A stretch of 64,000 bases of DNA, taken from Eledone cirrhosa. Lineage: Eukaryota. The notes beneath the pieces were generated by a model. The model searched no databases. It was not told the DNA's origin and saw only the letters and a list, made by a program, of their open reading frames with translations. Position numbers and translations under genes: made by a program. Within the stretch, counting starts at the first letter, position 1. Every line of letters begins with the position of its first letter. The DNA lies in contig OZ024742.1 in NCBI GenBank assembly GCA_964016885.1, positions 180,730,001 to 180,794,000 on the forward strand. The letters run 5' to 3'. This document shows positions 25,834-39,025 of this stretch, piece by piece.

Positions 25834-26719
25834 ATAATCATAACTCAAGATAGAGAGTTCAATAGATTTTATTTATACAATAAAGATATGAACAAGTTAG
25901 TTTGTGTGATAAATGTTGAAGGACTTTCAATATAAGGTTGTCGCTGCTGTCTTATGGCAGGCAATATTAACAGCAACACAAATGCAGGCATCTTTATCAG
26001 GAAAGATATATTGTATGATAATATAATATCATATCAATGTCTCAGATATTGAATTAACAGCAGAAGATAGAAACTATAAATTGCTAATCAAAACAATGTA
26101 TGGTGAATAATATACTGAAAAAGATTCTATTATGTATGGAAGGATATAACAGCAATAAAAGTTATGTTCCCACACATACACACAGATATGTATATAAAAT
26201 TTGTTAAAAATGGTGACTGTTTACTTTGAAGTCTCATTGCTGTTATTGGCTTAACACAACACTCTCTTGGTAAACTGATAACCTTGGCGAAACTTTGAAG
26301 CAAACAGTCATGATTATTAACAAAAATATTGATTCTATATAATGAATATGAGTCTTTTGTGCAGTGGAAGTTTAGTACGTTTATTACACAAAACCATAAA
26401 ATAAGTGGTTGATGATAGGAAGGGAATGTAGGTGTAGAAGACAGGCCAAAAGAAAAAAAGTTGAGAGAATTCTCCAGTTTTGTCAAGACTACAGCTACCT
26501 CTCTAGTGTTGGTGCCATACAAAAACACACCCAGTACATTCTACAGAGTGTGGGAATGTACGTAAGCATGATGCCCCTACTCTCAGTTCTTCTGTGGGGT
26601 TAGTATCTCAGGCTAGGTATAGACTTGTTCTAGATTAACCCATCCAACAAATACTAGCTAGAAAAACTGATATTAAATAATGATAATGTTAATTCCTTGT
26701 ACGACAACTACAGGAGAAG

Positions 26720-28392
26720 TACCTAGCTTAAGTAAACCCCTCTACTTAGCTTTTGTAGACCTGGAGAAAGCTTTTGACAGAGTCCCCCACTCCATTATCT
26801 GGTGGGCTCTTAGAAAACGAGGTGTAGATGAATGGCTTGTGAGAGCTATACAAGCTATGTATAAAGACAGTCAGTAAGGTTAGAATTAACAATGAATATT
26901 GTGAAGAATTTAGTGTAAAAGTTGGTGTTCATCAAGGCTCTGTCCTTAACCCCCTCCTATTTATTATTGCCCTTCAGGCTATAACATAGGAGTTCAAGAC
27001 CGGCTGCCCATGGGAACTGCTAAATGCAGATGATCTAACTCTCATAGCTGAATCTATGGCTGAACTAGAGAAGAAATTCCAAACATGGAAGCATGGCCTA
27101 AAATCAAAAGGCCTTAAAGTTAACTTGTCTAAGAGTAAAGTTCTAGTTTGTAGAAAAGAAAATAGGACACAGGTGCCCTCAGGGAAATGGCCATGCTCAG
27201 TGTGTAGGAAAGGAGTAGGCAGAAATTCAATTTTATGTCCCAAATGCAAACTATGGGTACATAAAAGATGTAATGGGATCACAGGTAAACTATCTAAGAA
27301 TGTAGACTTTATATGTGGCCGATGCTCAGGTGCAATATGTAGCAAGTGTCCACAGGATACTAGCTCCTTCTATTGCCCAGATGGTTCTATAAAAATAGTG
27401 GACACTTTCCATTACCTGGGTGACAAAATCAGCAGTGGTGGAGGGTGTTCTGAAAGTACAGTAGCCAGAGTCAGAACGGGATGGAAAAAGTTCAGAGAGC
27501 TTATACTGCTGTTGGTCACATAAGGTTTCTCTCTAAAAATGAAAGGCAGATTGTATGATGCCTGTATACGAACAGCAATGCTACATGGCAGTGAGACATG
27601 GGCATTACGTGCAGAGGACCTGCACAGACTGGAAAGGAACGAAGCATGCATGTTCCGTTGGATGTGTAATAGTAATATACATGAATGGCAAAACATAAAT
27701 GAACTAAGGGAGAAATTAGGAATAAGAGGAATCAGTTGTTATTTACTTGAGAGAAGACTACGTTGGTATGGCCACGTGATGCGCATGAAAGACGACAGCT
27801 GTATAAAAAAGTGCAGGGCAATCAAAATTGATGGTAGTTACGGAGTAGGTAGACCCAGAAAAACCTGGGACGATCTGATAAATTCTGACCTTACTCACTT
27901 GCACCTCTCTAAGACAATGTCACTGGATGGAGATCTTTGGCGCTACGCAGTAATACAGAAGACCCGCCTTGCCTATGTACAAAGCAAAACCTACAGTCAG
28001 TAGGCACCTCTTAACCAAATATACACTTCAATCCACTACCCCTACCCTATCCTCCCACTCCCACCAACACCACCTTCTCTCTGTAAAGTTGGTACCACAA
28101 CATCCAGTCGAAATAAATGAGACAATGAGATCGAGATCGTGTAGGTGTCACGACAAAAAAAACACACAGTCCATGCTGTAATGTGGTCATCTAGGTAACA
28201 TGGTAAAAAGTTCCCAGTTCCACACTGTAAATGTGGTTGGTGTTAGGAAGGGCATCCAGTCGTAGAAAACCTGCCAAATAGTCCTATATGAGCGATACAC
28301 GGTTACCCGACCAACCTTGCCTCAAGTGGGACAACTCCCATCTAACCCATGCTAGCATGGAAGATGGACGTTAAACGAGGATGGTGATGATG
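26720..28392 (+). mobile_element. 5'-truncated RTE-clade LINE (RT, PHD-like Cys finger, C-terminus, 3' UTR)
   Basis: LAFVDLEKAFDRVP, VGVHQGSVL, LNADDL, WPCSVCRKG..CPKCKLWVHKRC..CGRC, RRLRWYGHV, GRPRKTW; stops and frameshifts. Confidence 0.92.
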
Positions 28393-28551
28393 ATATATAT
28401 ATATATGCGTGTGTGTGTGTGTGTGCATCCTGGGTTCAATCAAGCCTAAACACAGTAAGTAAGGTACTCAATACATAGTAGAATATATACAATATTCAAT
28501 ATAGAAATGGCTTCTACAAGACTAGAACTGTTTCATTCGAAGGGAATATAT

Positions 28552-28814
28552 AGTGGTCGTGGAGGTGCCACGGCAAAAAAGCACCCAGTCCACACTGTAA
28601 AGTGGACGTGTAGGCGCCATGGAAAAAAAGCACTCAGCACTCACTGTAAATGCGGTTGGTGTTAGGAAAGGCTTCCAGCTGTAGAAATCAAGCCAGAATC
28701 AGTTTCCGTATGAGCACGGCATTGTCAGCCGACGGCTACTGCCCACAACAGGACAACCCGTCTAACCCATGCTAACGTGGAAGAACGGACGTAAAACGGT
28801 GATGATGATGATGA
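28552..28814 (+). mobile_element. RTE 3' UTR fragment, tail-to-tail with the next element
   Basis: Ends in (GAT)n abutting (ATC)n. Confidence 0.8.
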
Positions 28815-30130
28815 TATCATCATCATCATCACTGTTTAATGTCAATTTTTCCACATTAGCATGGGTTAGACGAGTTATCCTGTTGTGAGCAATGTTAGGT
28901 CGGGTGACCATGTCATGCTCGTACAGAACCGATTTTGACTTGATTTCTACAGCTAGATGCCCTCCTTAGTGTGAACCTCATTTACAGTGAGTACTGGGTG
29001 CTTTTTGTCATGGCGCCTACACAACCACCTTACAGTGTGGACTGGATGCTTTTTGCTGTGACTCCAACACGACCACTTTACAGTAAGGGTTGGGCGCTTT
29101 TGCCTAAATGCGACCACTTTACAGCATGGGCTGGGCACTTTTGCTCAATTGCAACCACTTTACAGCGTGGACTAGTTGCTTTTTGCTGTGACATCAACAC
29201 AACCACTTTACAGTGTAGGCTGGGTGCTTTTGCCAAACACGATCACTTTACAGCATGGACTGGGTGATTTTTGCCATGACATCTATGCAACCACTTTATA
29301 GTGTGGGCAGGCCACTTCTTGTCACGTTGCCACCACAACCAATTTACAGTGCTGGCTGGAGGATGCACTGGATGTATGTATGGAGTTGTATGGGGTGGGA
29401 TGGTGTATATTATACATATGCTTCATCTTTGGCCTGTGTCCATGGGAAGTCGGGTCTTCTGTATTACTGCGTAATGCCAGAGATCTCTGTCCTGTGTCAT
29501 CACCTTTGAGATGTGTAAGTGGGCAACATCAGCTTTTATCACCTCATCCCAAGTCTTCCAGGGTCTCCCCACTCCATGGCTTCCATCACCTTTGATTGCT
29601 CTGCACCTTTTTATACAGCTGTAATACTTTGTATGCATAATATGCTCATACCAGCGCAATCGCTTCTCCTGCACATTGCATCTAGTTTCTCTCTCAGTAT
29701 GTTTATGCTTTGCTGTTCATGTAGATTATTATTACCTATCCATTGGAGCATGCAAGTTTCATTCCTTTCTAATCTACACAAGTCTTCTGCATACAGTGCC
29801 CAGGACTTACATTGATGTTCGTATGCATGCATTATACAATCTGTCTTTCATTTTGAGGGAAAAGCCTTTTGTAGCTAGCAGTGGTAGTAACTCCCTGAAC
29901 TATTTCCATCCCATTCTTACTCTGGCTACTATACTTTCAGAACACCCACCTCTGCTGTTTATTTGGTCACCAGGTAGCAAAAACTGTCTAATGTTTCTAC
30001 CAAGCCTGCCCAGAATTTGATAGTGTTGTTTGCATTTGGGGCAGAGAATGGAATCTCTACCTACACCTTTCAAACATACTGAGCAAGGCCATTTACCAGA
30101 GGGGATCAGTGTTCTGTTTTCTCTTATAAT
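28815..30130 (-). mobile_element. Decayed RTE LINE 3' part with expanded tandem array in the 3' UTR
   Basis: EKRLRWYEH, GRPWKTW, GKWPCSVC; about 9 units of ACCACTTTACAGTGTGGxCTGGGTGCTTTT at 28975-29360. Confidence 0.88.
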
Positions 30131-30159
30131 TACCATAGATAAAAATGATAATAATGGTT

Positions 30160-30358
30160 TCTTATATAGGCATAAGGCCAGCAATTTGTGGGGAGGAGAA
30201 AGTTGATTAAATCGACCCCAGTACATTACTGGTGCTGTATTTTATCGACCCTGTAAGGATGTTAGGCAAAGTTAAACTTGGCGGATTTGAACTCAGAATG
30301 TAAAGGGTCATAACTCTATACTGCAAAGCATGGTGTCTGATGCTCTACCAATACTGCC
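30160..30358 (-). mobile_element. SINE family A
   Basis: Family core and head on the minus strand. Confidence 0.8.
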
Positions 30359-31225
30359 TAATAACAACAATAATATGGACAAGGTGTTAAAATTTCATTA
30401 CATTTATTGAGGCGCGATGCGCATTATGTAAATATGGGTTATATCGAATTATTATAATAATATTTGATTTGTTTGGAAACAAACGGCCTCATCATGCTAT
30501 TTTGTTCTTGAAGATTATCATCATCTGTTTGTTCAACAGTACAATCAAGGAACAGCCAACATGTTTCTGGATCATTTCCTTTCATCAGGAGATTTGGGAA
30601 ACTCGGAGTAGTTAGGAAGGTAAACACCATTATGCCATGTATTTTGTAGTTTATATATATATACTTGCTCTGTTAAAAAAGTATCCAACTTTATTTTTCC
30701 TGTAAGAAATAATGAATTTAGGGAGACAAATGTGTTCTGTATTGAAATGCATACATTTAGGTTCATGTGTATTTTTTTTTTTTTTGTGAGGTTACTGGAT
30801 GCATCTGTTGTCAAGAAATCAGCATGTAAGGTGCTTTGTCAGCTATTCTTTTCAAAAACCCATGTATGTATATATCATCATCATCGTTTAACGTCCATAT
30901 TCCACGCTTGCATGGGTTTGGACGGGAGTTTTCCCACTTGAGGCAAGAGTGGTTGTCTTGCTCGCATAGGACTGTCTGGCGGGTTTTCTACGGCTGGATG
31001 CCCTTCCTAACACCAACCACATTTACAGTGTGGAACTGGGAGGTTTTTACCGTGTTACCTACACGGCCACATTACAGCGTCGACTGTGTGTTTTTTGTCG
31101 TGACACCTACACGACCTCATTTGTTTCGAGCTGGATGTTGTGGTACCAACATAACTTTACATTGAAAGGGGTGGTGTGGATGGGGTGGGGGTAGTGGGAC
31201 GGGGGTGTATTTTGTTAGAAGTGCC

Positions 31226-31312
<87 letters not shown>

Positions 31313-31719
31313 TAAAATAACAGATTTACTCTAGGGTTCTTATATATTTGATATATATTTATCCTTATCGAACCCTCTTTGGATTTTAGTCTTCAAATTT
31401 ATTATTATTACTATATATATATATATATATATAATGTGTGTGTGTGTATGTTTGTATAAACAGTTTGACTCATCATAATCATCATCATCATCAGCGTTTC
31501 ACGTCCATTCTTCCATGCTAGGATGGGTTAGACTCAGAATGGTATTATTATAGGAATGAGAGAATACATTCCTGTAAAACTTTAAGTAATGCAATTTTGA
31601 GGCAAACTGTTCATACAAAGGATATATGCTCTAAAAATGTATTGAGTACTCTTTTCCTTTATTTGTATACCCATCTATATATGTATGTGTGTATTTTTAT
31701 ATATAAATGTTTGGTGTGT

Positions 31720-34025
31720 ATCATCATCATCCTTATACATCCGCTTTTCCCTGCTTGCAAGGGTTGGACAGGTCCTATTCAGCACAGCATCTCTCCACTT
31801 GTCACGGTCCTTCGTCATCTCCTCGGTGAGTTTCAGCGATCTGAGGTCTGCTCTCACCACCTCCGCCCATATTTTACATGGTCTATCTACCTCTTCTGCG
31901 TCTTCCTTCTACTGGGATTTCTTGGCACTTCTTTACCCAACGGACATCCTCCATGCTCATCACATGCCTGTACCATCTCAGCTTTCTCTCCTGCACACCA
32001 CAACTTATCCCTCTTATACCCAGTTTCTTTCTCAACTCGACCATGCTTGGTCATTCACGCACATTGACATTGCACACCCAACAAAGCATACTTGCTTCAT
32101 TTCTCTCCAGCCGTCGCATATTCTCTGCAGTTGCCGCCCATATCTCACTACCATGCAGCATCGCGCATCTCACACAGGCATCATATAACCGTACTTTCGT
32201 ATGCAGGGAGAAACCCTTCTTTGTCAACAAAGGAAGCAGCTCCCTAAACTTCTTCCAACCCATCCTTATTCTAGATATTATATCCTCGGAAACCCCCCCC
32301 CCCTTCCATGCTAATCTGATCTCCTAGGTACCGGAAGCTATCAACCACTTCTACAGAACCCACCTGTATTGGAAAAATGTGTCTATTACTGCGATTAATA
32401 CTGCCAACTTTCCCTGTACATCTACTGCATACGTAGTTTTCCCTACCTGCTAGTTTGCCTGCTATCCCACTACATCTCTTGTGTATCCAAGATTTGCATT
32501 GCGTACATTTTATGGAATTTATGCTAGTTCCTTTCCTACATATCGAACATGGCCATTTCCCTGAAGGAATCGGAGTATTGTCCTCTCTTCTACTTATCAA
32601 CACTTTTGTCTTAGCTATGTTCACTCTCAGTCCTCTTGATTCCAACTGCTGTTTCCATAGCCAGAATTTATTCTCTAGCTCCTCTCCTGATTCTGCTATA
32701 AGAGCCAGATCATCTGCATAGAGAAGTTCCCATGGGCATCCAGTCTTAAACTCCTCTGTTATGGCTTGGAGGACTATAATGAACAAGAGCAGGCGGAGGA
32801 CTGAATCCTGATGTACACCTACTTGTATCTGGAATTCCTCACTAAACTCCATACCTACTCTCACTTTACTGACAGCACCCCTGTACATAGCTTGCACTCC
32901 CCTCACAAGCTATTCCACCACACCTAGTTTCCTTAGGGACCACCAGATGACAAATCAGGGTAGTCTATCAAAGGCCTTCTGTAGGTCAACAAAAGCTACA
33001 TATAGTAGCTTATTCTTCTCTAAGAACTTCTCTTGTAGTTGCCTCACTAAGAAGAGGGCATCTGTTGTACTTTTTCCAGGCACAAAACCAAACTTCATCT
33101 CATCTAGTTTGACCCTTTCCCTAATCAGTTGCGCTAATATTCTCTCTGCCACTTTCATAACCTGATCCATCAGCATTATGCCCCTATAATTGCTCCTCTC
33201 GAGAGCATCCCCTTTACCTTTGTAGCAATTTATGAGAATACTGCTGCACCAGTCTTTGGGTATGACACCACCATATATAACTTGATTGATGATGCATGCA
33301 ACCAGTTTAATGCCTACTTTACCTGATGCATTCAGCATCTCAGCAACTATCCCCGACGGTCCAGCAGCCTTACCATTCTTCATTTCTTTAATAGCCTCTT
33401 GTACCCTATATTCGTCAATCTCAATAGCTGGTCCCTCTGTTGGATCTACTGAGGGTAATTTCTCTCTCTCCCATTCGTTCTCCACATTCATCAGTCTCTC
33501 ATAATGACATTTCCAGGCCTCCTTTTTCTGATTATTCGTGACACTAAGTACACCGGCATCATTCCGGACACATTTATCTCCAATAACATCCTGATTTACA
33601 CTGACACACTGCCTTGCAATGCGGAACACTGCATGTCTCTGATCTTCCCGTAGCAGAACATTGGCAAACCTCCTACTCTCAGCCTCCCTGCGTGCTATGT
33701 ACACCTGACATCTAGCTTCTCTCCTAGCAACTGTGTATCCTTCCTTACTCTCACCATTTTTCCAAGCCTTCCATGCCAGTCTTTTGTCTCTAATGGCCCT
33801 ATCTACCATGCTGTTCCACCACCAGATCACTCTCTGTCTGGTTGAAGCCCTGCCCCAACCACAAGTTTCTTCAGTAGTATGCAGTAAGTTGTCACATAAG
33901 AAAGTCCAGTTATCATCTATGTCATACAACTCAAAATCGTCTTCTTTTTCGTCATACACGTCTTGAAGAGCTTTGCTAAATTTATTTTTAATGAAAGGTC
34001 TTTTAGCTTCCAGATCTTTTTCTTT
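31720..34025 (-). mobile_element. 5'-truncated RTE LINE (second subfamily, short 3' UTR)
   Basis: ORF 32955-33959 (KAAGPSG, NYRGIMLM, FGFVPGKSTTDA, FVDLQKAFD) and 32271-32906 (LYADDL, Cys finger); its 3' end also occurs at 45003-45368. Confidence 0.93.
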
Positions 34026-34466
34026 TCATAATATATTCACAAGGGAGAGGTTATCGTACAGCGTCGGGCATGTATACCAAACGTGGTGGAGGTGGGTGGG
34101 CGGGTTTGAAGTCAGAAGGAAATATGGCTATACACACAAATTTAAATATTAACATTCACATCACATATACATACACATACATACATATATATATATATAC
34201 ATATATATACATATATACATGTCACATACCTACATATATATATAAATAAGTACAAATCTCATGCGAACCAAAAATTCTTGGAGATACGAATAATAATAAT
34301 AAACTTGAACTTATCTCAATGGATTCTCCAAATTATGTATCATATTCAACCAAGAGGTCTTACTGCATTTTAGACCATTAGCGAATACACTTCCGGTCCA
34401 TCAAAACAAACTTAAATATGGCTATACGCATAAATTTAAATATTAACATTCACATCACATATAAAT

Positions 34467-34497
<31 letters not shown>

Positions 34498-35088
34498 TGG
34501 AGGCTGCCAACTCGTTTTCGAGTACGGCCACTACTTTATATCCATGTAGGAGAACCCCCTACCAATGCGCTGAACGAGTGTGACTTTTTAGTCCAGCCAG
34601 CGACTTGAAAACTCTGGTACAAACACTACACTTGTGACAATTATTGACACATAGTGCTGGGCCTATGGTACCTTGTGACGACAAGTGCAGAGAGATCTCC
34701 AGATATAAAGCAATGCCTGTGCCGTGATGCTTTTATAGTGAGCAAAGGCACTGCACAAAGCCAGTCCCATTCTCTTAACCAAGATGATATTTACCAAAAA
34801 GAAGAACAAGTCAACATCATTGGATACCATCAGAGTTGCAGGTGTTATATCAGAGTTTTCCTTCTCCTAGAATTCTGCCTTGACAAAGGCTAAGGGGTCA
34901 TCTCTCCCGGTGATTAAGAGCTCCTTTTCCCTTTGACAGGTTTTGTTTTTATTCCTGCAGGATGTCCAAAGTCACCCTCCTCACCAAGAAACCTTGGTGG
35001 GGTTGCCAGTTTAGTCGCCAACGACCCGACCATGGGACAGGTTGTACTGGGATACATGTTACCAGTAGCACCAACTGGTGACCTGACA
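34498..35088 (-). mobile_element. Probable isolated 5' UTR of an RTE-type LINE, (TA)n-flanked
   Basis: Minus strand CTAGGAGAAGGAAAACTCTGA motif that I recall from RTE/RTE-X 5' UTRs; several stems at the 5' end. Confidence 0.5.
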
Positions 35089-35102
35089 TATACATATATA
35101 TA

Positions 35103-35148
<46 letters not shown>

Positions 35149-35998
35149 CCTACATATATATAAATAAATATATACAAATCTCATGCAAACCGAAAATTGT
35201 TGGAGATACGAATAATAATATTTATAATTATATATATACATATATATTTAATTCACACATTGTACTATGTAAAATGTGAGATTGTATATGAGCAAGATGC
35301 AACCACTGGCCAGTTTGAGAGGTCAGCAGCTCAACTGGTTAAGTAATAACTTGGTCTGTAATAACACACCCAAGCTCTGCTGACTGACAAAATGGACATT
35401 AAATAGTGAAGAAAGTAATGAAATATAATCTGTTGTAAGATTTAAAAACTTGTCTATCATTGTAGTAATATAGCTGAGATATGTATGTGCCTTAACCCTT
35501 TTGATACCAAACTGCCCTAAACTGCACATTCATTCTGCAATAAAAAGCTCTTTGTTTTAATATGCTTATTTTTGTCTAGAAATCTTCATATCATAATTTT
35601 ATATAAGAACCTTTGTTAATTTATGTCCCCAATACCGGCTTAATAATGAGAAAATTAGTAATATTACTGAATCCCTCCAAATTCTTGGTCATTTTCAAAA
35701 ATATTTTAAAGCTATAACTAAAGACTTTCATTAGAAATACAAGACAAGAAATAATGTATGTAGTAAGATTTAAACAAACCTCTATTATGTTGGTGATCTA
35801 GCAACTTTAATTCACAACACTTTTGGTTCACACCATTTTCACTGAAGAGATATTTAAATGATCACATTTCCCATTTTATTAATATATAAATATGTATTTT
35901 CCGTAGTTGAAAACTTAATATCCTGAATGCAGTCGAATATCTTTGGTTTCATTTAATCAACATTTTCTTAAATATTAACATTCACATCACATATACAT

Positions 35999-36050
<52 letters not shown>

Positions 36051-36052
<2 letters not shown>

Positions 36053-37165
36053 TCATCATCATCATCATCATCATCATCGTTTAACGTGCATCTTCCACGC
36101 TTGCATGGGTTTGGACGGCAGTTTCCAATTTGAGGCAAGATTGGTTGTCCTGCTCATATAGGACTGTTTGGCGGGTTTTCTACGGCTGGATGCCCTTCCT
36201 AACACCAACCATGTTTACAGTGTGGACTGGGAGGTTTTTACCGTGTTACCTACACAGCCACATTACAGCGTCGACTGTGTGTTTTTTTTTTTTGTGACAC
36301 CTACACCACCTCATTTATTTTGGACTGGATGTTGTGGTACCAACATAACTTTACATCGAAAGGGGTGGTGTGGATGGGTGGGGTGGTGGGGCGGGGGTGT
36401 ATTTTTGTTAGAGGTGCCTACTGATTGTAGGTTTTGCTTTGTACTTAGGCAAGGCGGGTCTTCTGTATTACTGTGTAGCGCCAAAGATCTCAGTCCAGTT
36501 ACATTGTCTTGGAGAGGTGTAAGTGTGTGAGGTCGGAACTTAGCATGTCGTCACAGGTTTTTCTGGGTCTACCTACTCTGTGGCTACCGTCTATTTGTAT
36601 TGCCCTGTCGTCTTTCATGTGCATCACGTGACCATACCAACGTAGTCTTCTCTCGAGTAAACAACATCTGATTCATCTTATTCCTAATTTCTACCTTAGT
36701 TCATTTATGCTTTGCCGTTCATGTATATTACTATTACACATCCAACGGAGCATGCAAGCTTCGTTCCTCTCCAGTCTGCGTATATCCTCTGCACACAATG
36801 CCCAAGTCTCCCTGCCATGTAACATTGCTGTTCGTATGCAGGCATCATACAGCCTGCCTTTCATTTTTAGAGAGAACCCTTTAGCGGCCAATAGTGGTAT
36901 AAGCTCTCTGAACTTCTTCCATCCCGTTCTGACTCTAGCTACTGTACTTTCCGAGCACCCTCCCCCACTGCTGATTTTGTCACCCAGATAACGGAAGGTG
37001 TCCACTATTTCTATAGAACCATATGTGCAATGGAATGAGCTAGTATTCAGTGGGCACTTGCTGCTACTTATTGCACCTGAGCACCGGCCACATATAAAAT
37101 CTATATTCTTAGTTAGCTTACCTGTGATCCCACTACATCTTTTATGCACCCATACTTTGCATTTG

Positions 37166-37170
<5 letters not shown>
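36051..37170 (-). mobile_element. 5'-truncated RTE LINE
   Basis: ORF 36691-37239 closely matches the 27056-28003 translations; (TA)n on both sides. Confidence 0.92.
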
Positions 37171-37202
<32 letters not shown>

Positions 37203-37369
37203 TATACATACAGGTGATGTTCAGAATACAATCAGTCAAAAGGTATTAAAAAGTATGCTTCACAATAGTGAGATCTTGGGTTCATTCCAATTGTATTTAC
37301 CATAACCACAGGCTAAACCAAGCTTTAAAAGTGAAATTGGATGGATTGAAACTGTGTGGGAATCCATCA

Positions 37370-39025
37370 GATATATTCTACTTGGTGATTTTAATGGCTA
37401 TGTTGGGCAATTCTGTGGTGGCTTTAAAGGGATCCACAGAAGTTATGGATTCGGAGCTAGAAATGAGGAAGGTCCAAGGCTTCTGGAATTCTGATGATCT
37501 CTCTAACTGTAATACAAAAACAGACAATCATTTGATCACCTATAGATCAGGTGAGCATGCCAGCCAGATAGACTTTATCCTCACAAGAAGATGAGATAAG
37601 TGACAGGTCTAAACACAAAGTCTCTCCTTGGTGGAGAATGCACATCCCAATATAACCTAATAGCTAGTGACCTTATAGCTAAGGCTAGTCAAACTTGACA
37701 ACAGAGGACAGCCTGGCAGAGAAGAATATGGAAGTTAAAGGACCTCACAACCAGTAACAAATTTAGAGGTATGTTGTTTGATGCTTTTGACAGTAAGGAA
37801 AGCAAATAGAGACCTACAATATAGAGCAACAGTGGGAATTCCTGAAAGATAACCTACTGAAGGCAACAAACAAAATCTGTGGTTGGAATAGGTCTCTAGG
37901 AAGAAGTAGAGTGACTTGATGGTGGAACAGTAAGGTGGAGGAGACAATTAAGGCCAAAAAAGGCTAACATGGAAAGAATGGTAGAATGGGAAAACTAGAG
38001 AGCACTACGAGGATGCCAGGAGAGAAGCTGTGACAGATATACTTTGCTAGAAGGGAAGCAGAAAAGAAAAAATTTAAACATGTTCTACAGTGCAAGGAAC
38101 AAAGACACAAAGTGTTCAGGATTATGAGGCAGTGTATCAAGGAAAATTGTGATATTGATGGAAAGAAGTGGGTCCAAGATGATAATTGTGTACTTGCACT
38201 CACTGAAGCCAAAAAGAAGGGAGCATGGAAGTGCAAATATGGAAGAATAGTGAAAGATGAAACTGTGTGGGAAGAAGATAGCTTGCCCTAATTAATCCAA
38301 ACAGAAAGACCGCTCAAAGTTGAGGGAAGTTATGGTGTAGGAAGACTTAGGATGAGGTTATAAAAGCTAACCTTGCACAATTGCACCTCTTGTAGGTGAT
38401 GATACAGGATCGAGATATCTGGTGATATGCAGTAATACAGAAGACCCACCTACCTATGTGCACAGGTTAAACCATACATCTAATGTGCACTATCTTTCCC
38501 TCCCCCTTCTATACATCCTAATACCCTTGCTTTTGTCCATGTCTTTCCTGCTCTAGTACCTCCCACATCCTAACACTCCACACATTCCCAAACACTCTGC
38601 TCCTCGCTCACATCCCTAGATTTACTCCCCAATTCCCACACACCTTATTCCACGAAAGTCCCTAGCACACACTGTAAAGTGGTTATGATGGCGACATGAC
38701 AAAAAGTGCCCAGCCCACACAGTAAAGTTGTTATGTAAGTGTCATGACAAAAATCACCTAGCCCACACTGTAAAGTGGGCATGTAGGCAACATCACAAAA
38801 AGCACCAAGCCCACACTGTAAAGTGGTTGTGTAGGCGACACAACCAAAAGTGCTGTGAATGTGTTTGGTGTTAGGAAGGGCATCCAGCCATAGAAATCAA
38901 ACCAAAATCTGTTTCGTATGAGCAAAACATTTTTATCTGATCTGGCTTGTCTCACAGTGGGGCACCTCGTCTAACCCATGGTACCATGGAAAAATGGACT
39001 TTAAAAGGTGATGAGGTTGATGATG
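37370..39025 (+). mobile_element. Internally deleted, decayed RTE LINE (endonuclease remnant and linker joined to C-terminus and 3' UTR)
   Basis: LGDFNGYVG, HLITYRSGEHASQIDFILTRR; jump near 38310 to KVEGSYGVGR; tandem 3' UTR units. Confidence 0.75.

Noticed and set aside
26130-26528. 132 aa minus-strand ORF
   Set aside because: No recognisable domain; starts inside a repeat remnant
28975-29360. Repeat array superficially like CRISPR (also 10380-10610)
   Set aside because: Units are degenerate tandem copies without unique spacers, lie in an RTE 3' UTR, and there are no cas genes in this eukaryotic context
30400-30690. Possible host exon (ORF 30439-30630) or hammerhead (CTGATGA..GAAACATGTT on the minus strand)
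   Set aside because: No recognisable protein in any frame and stem I does not close
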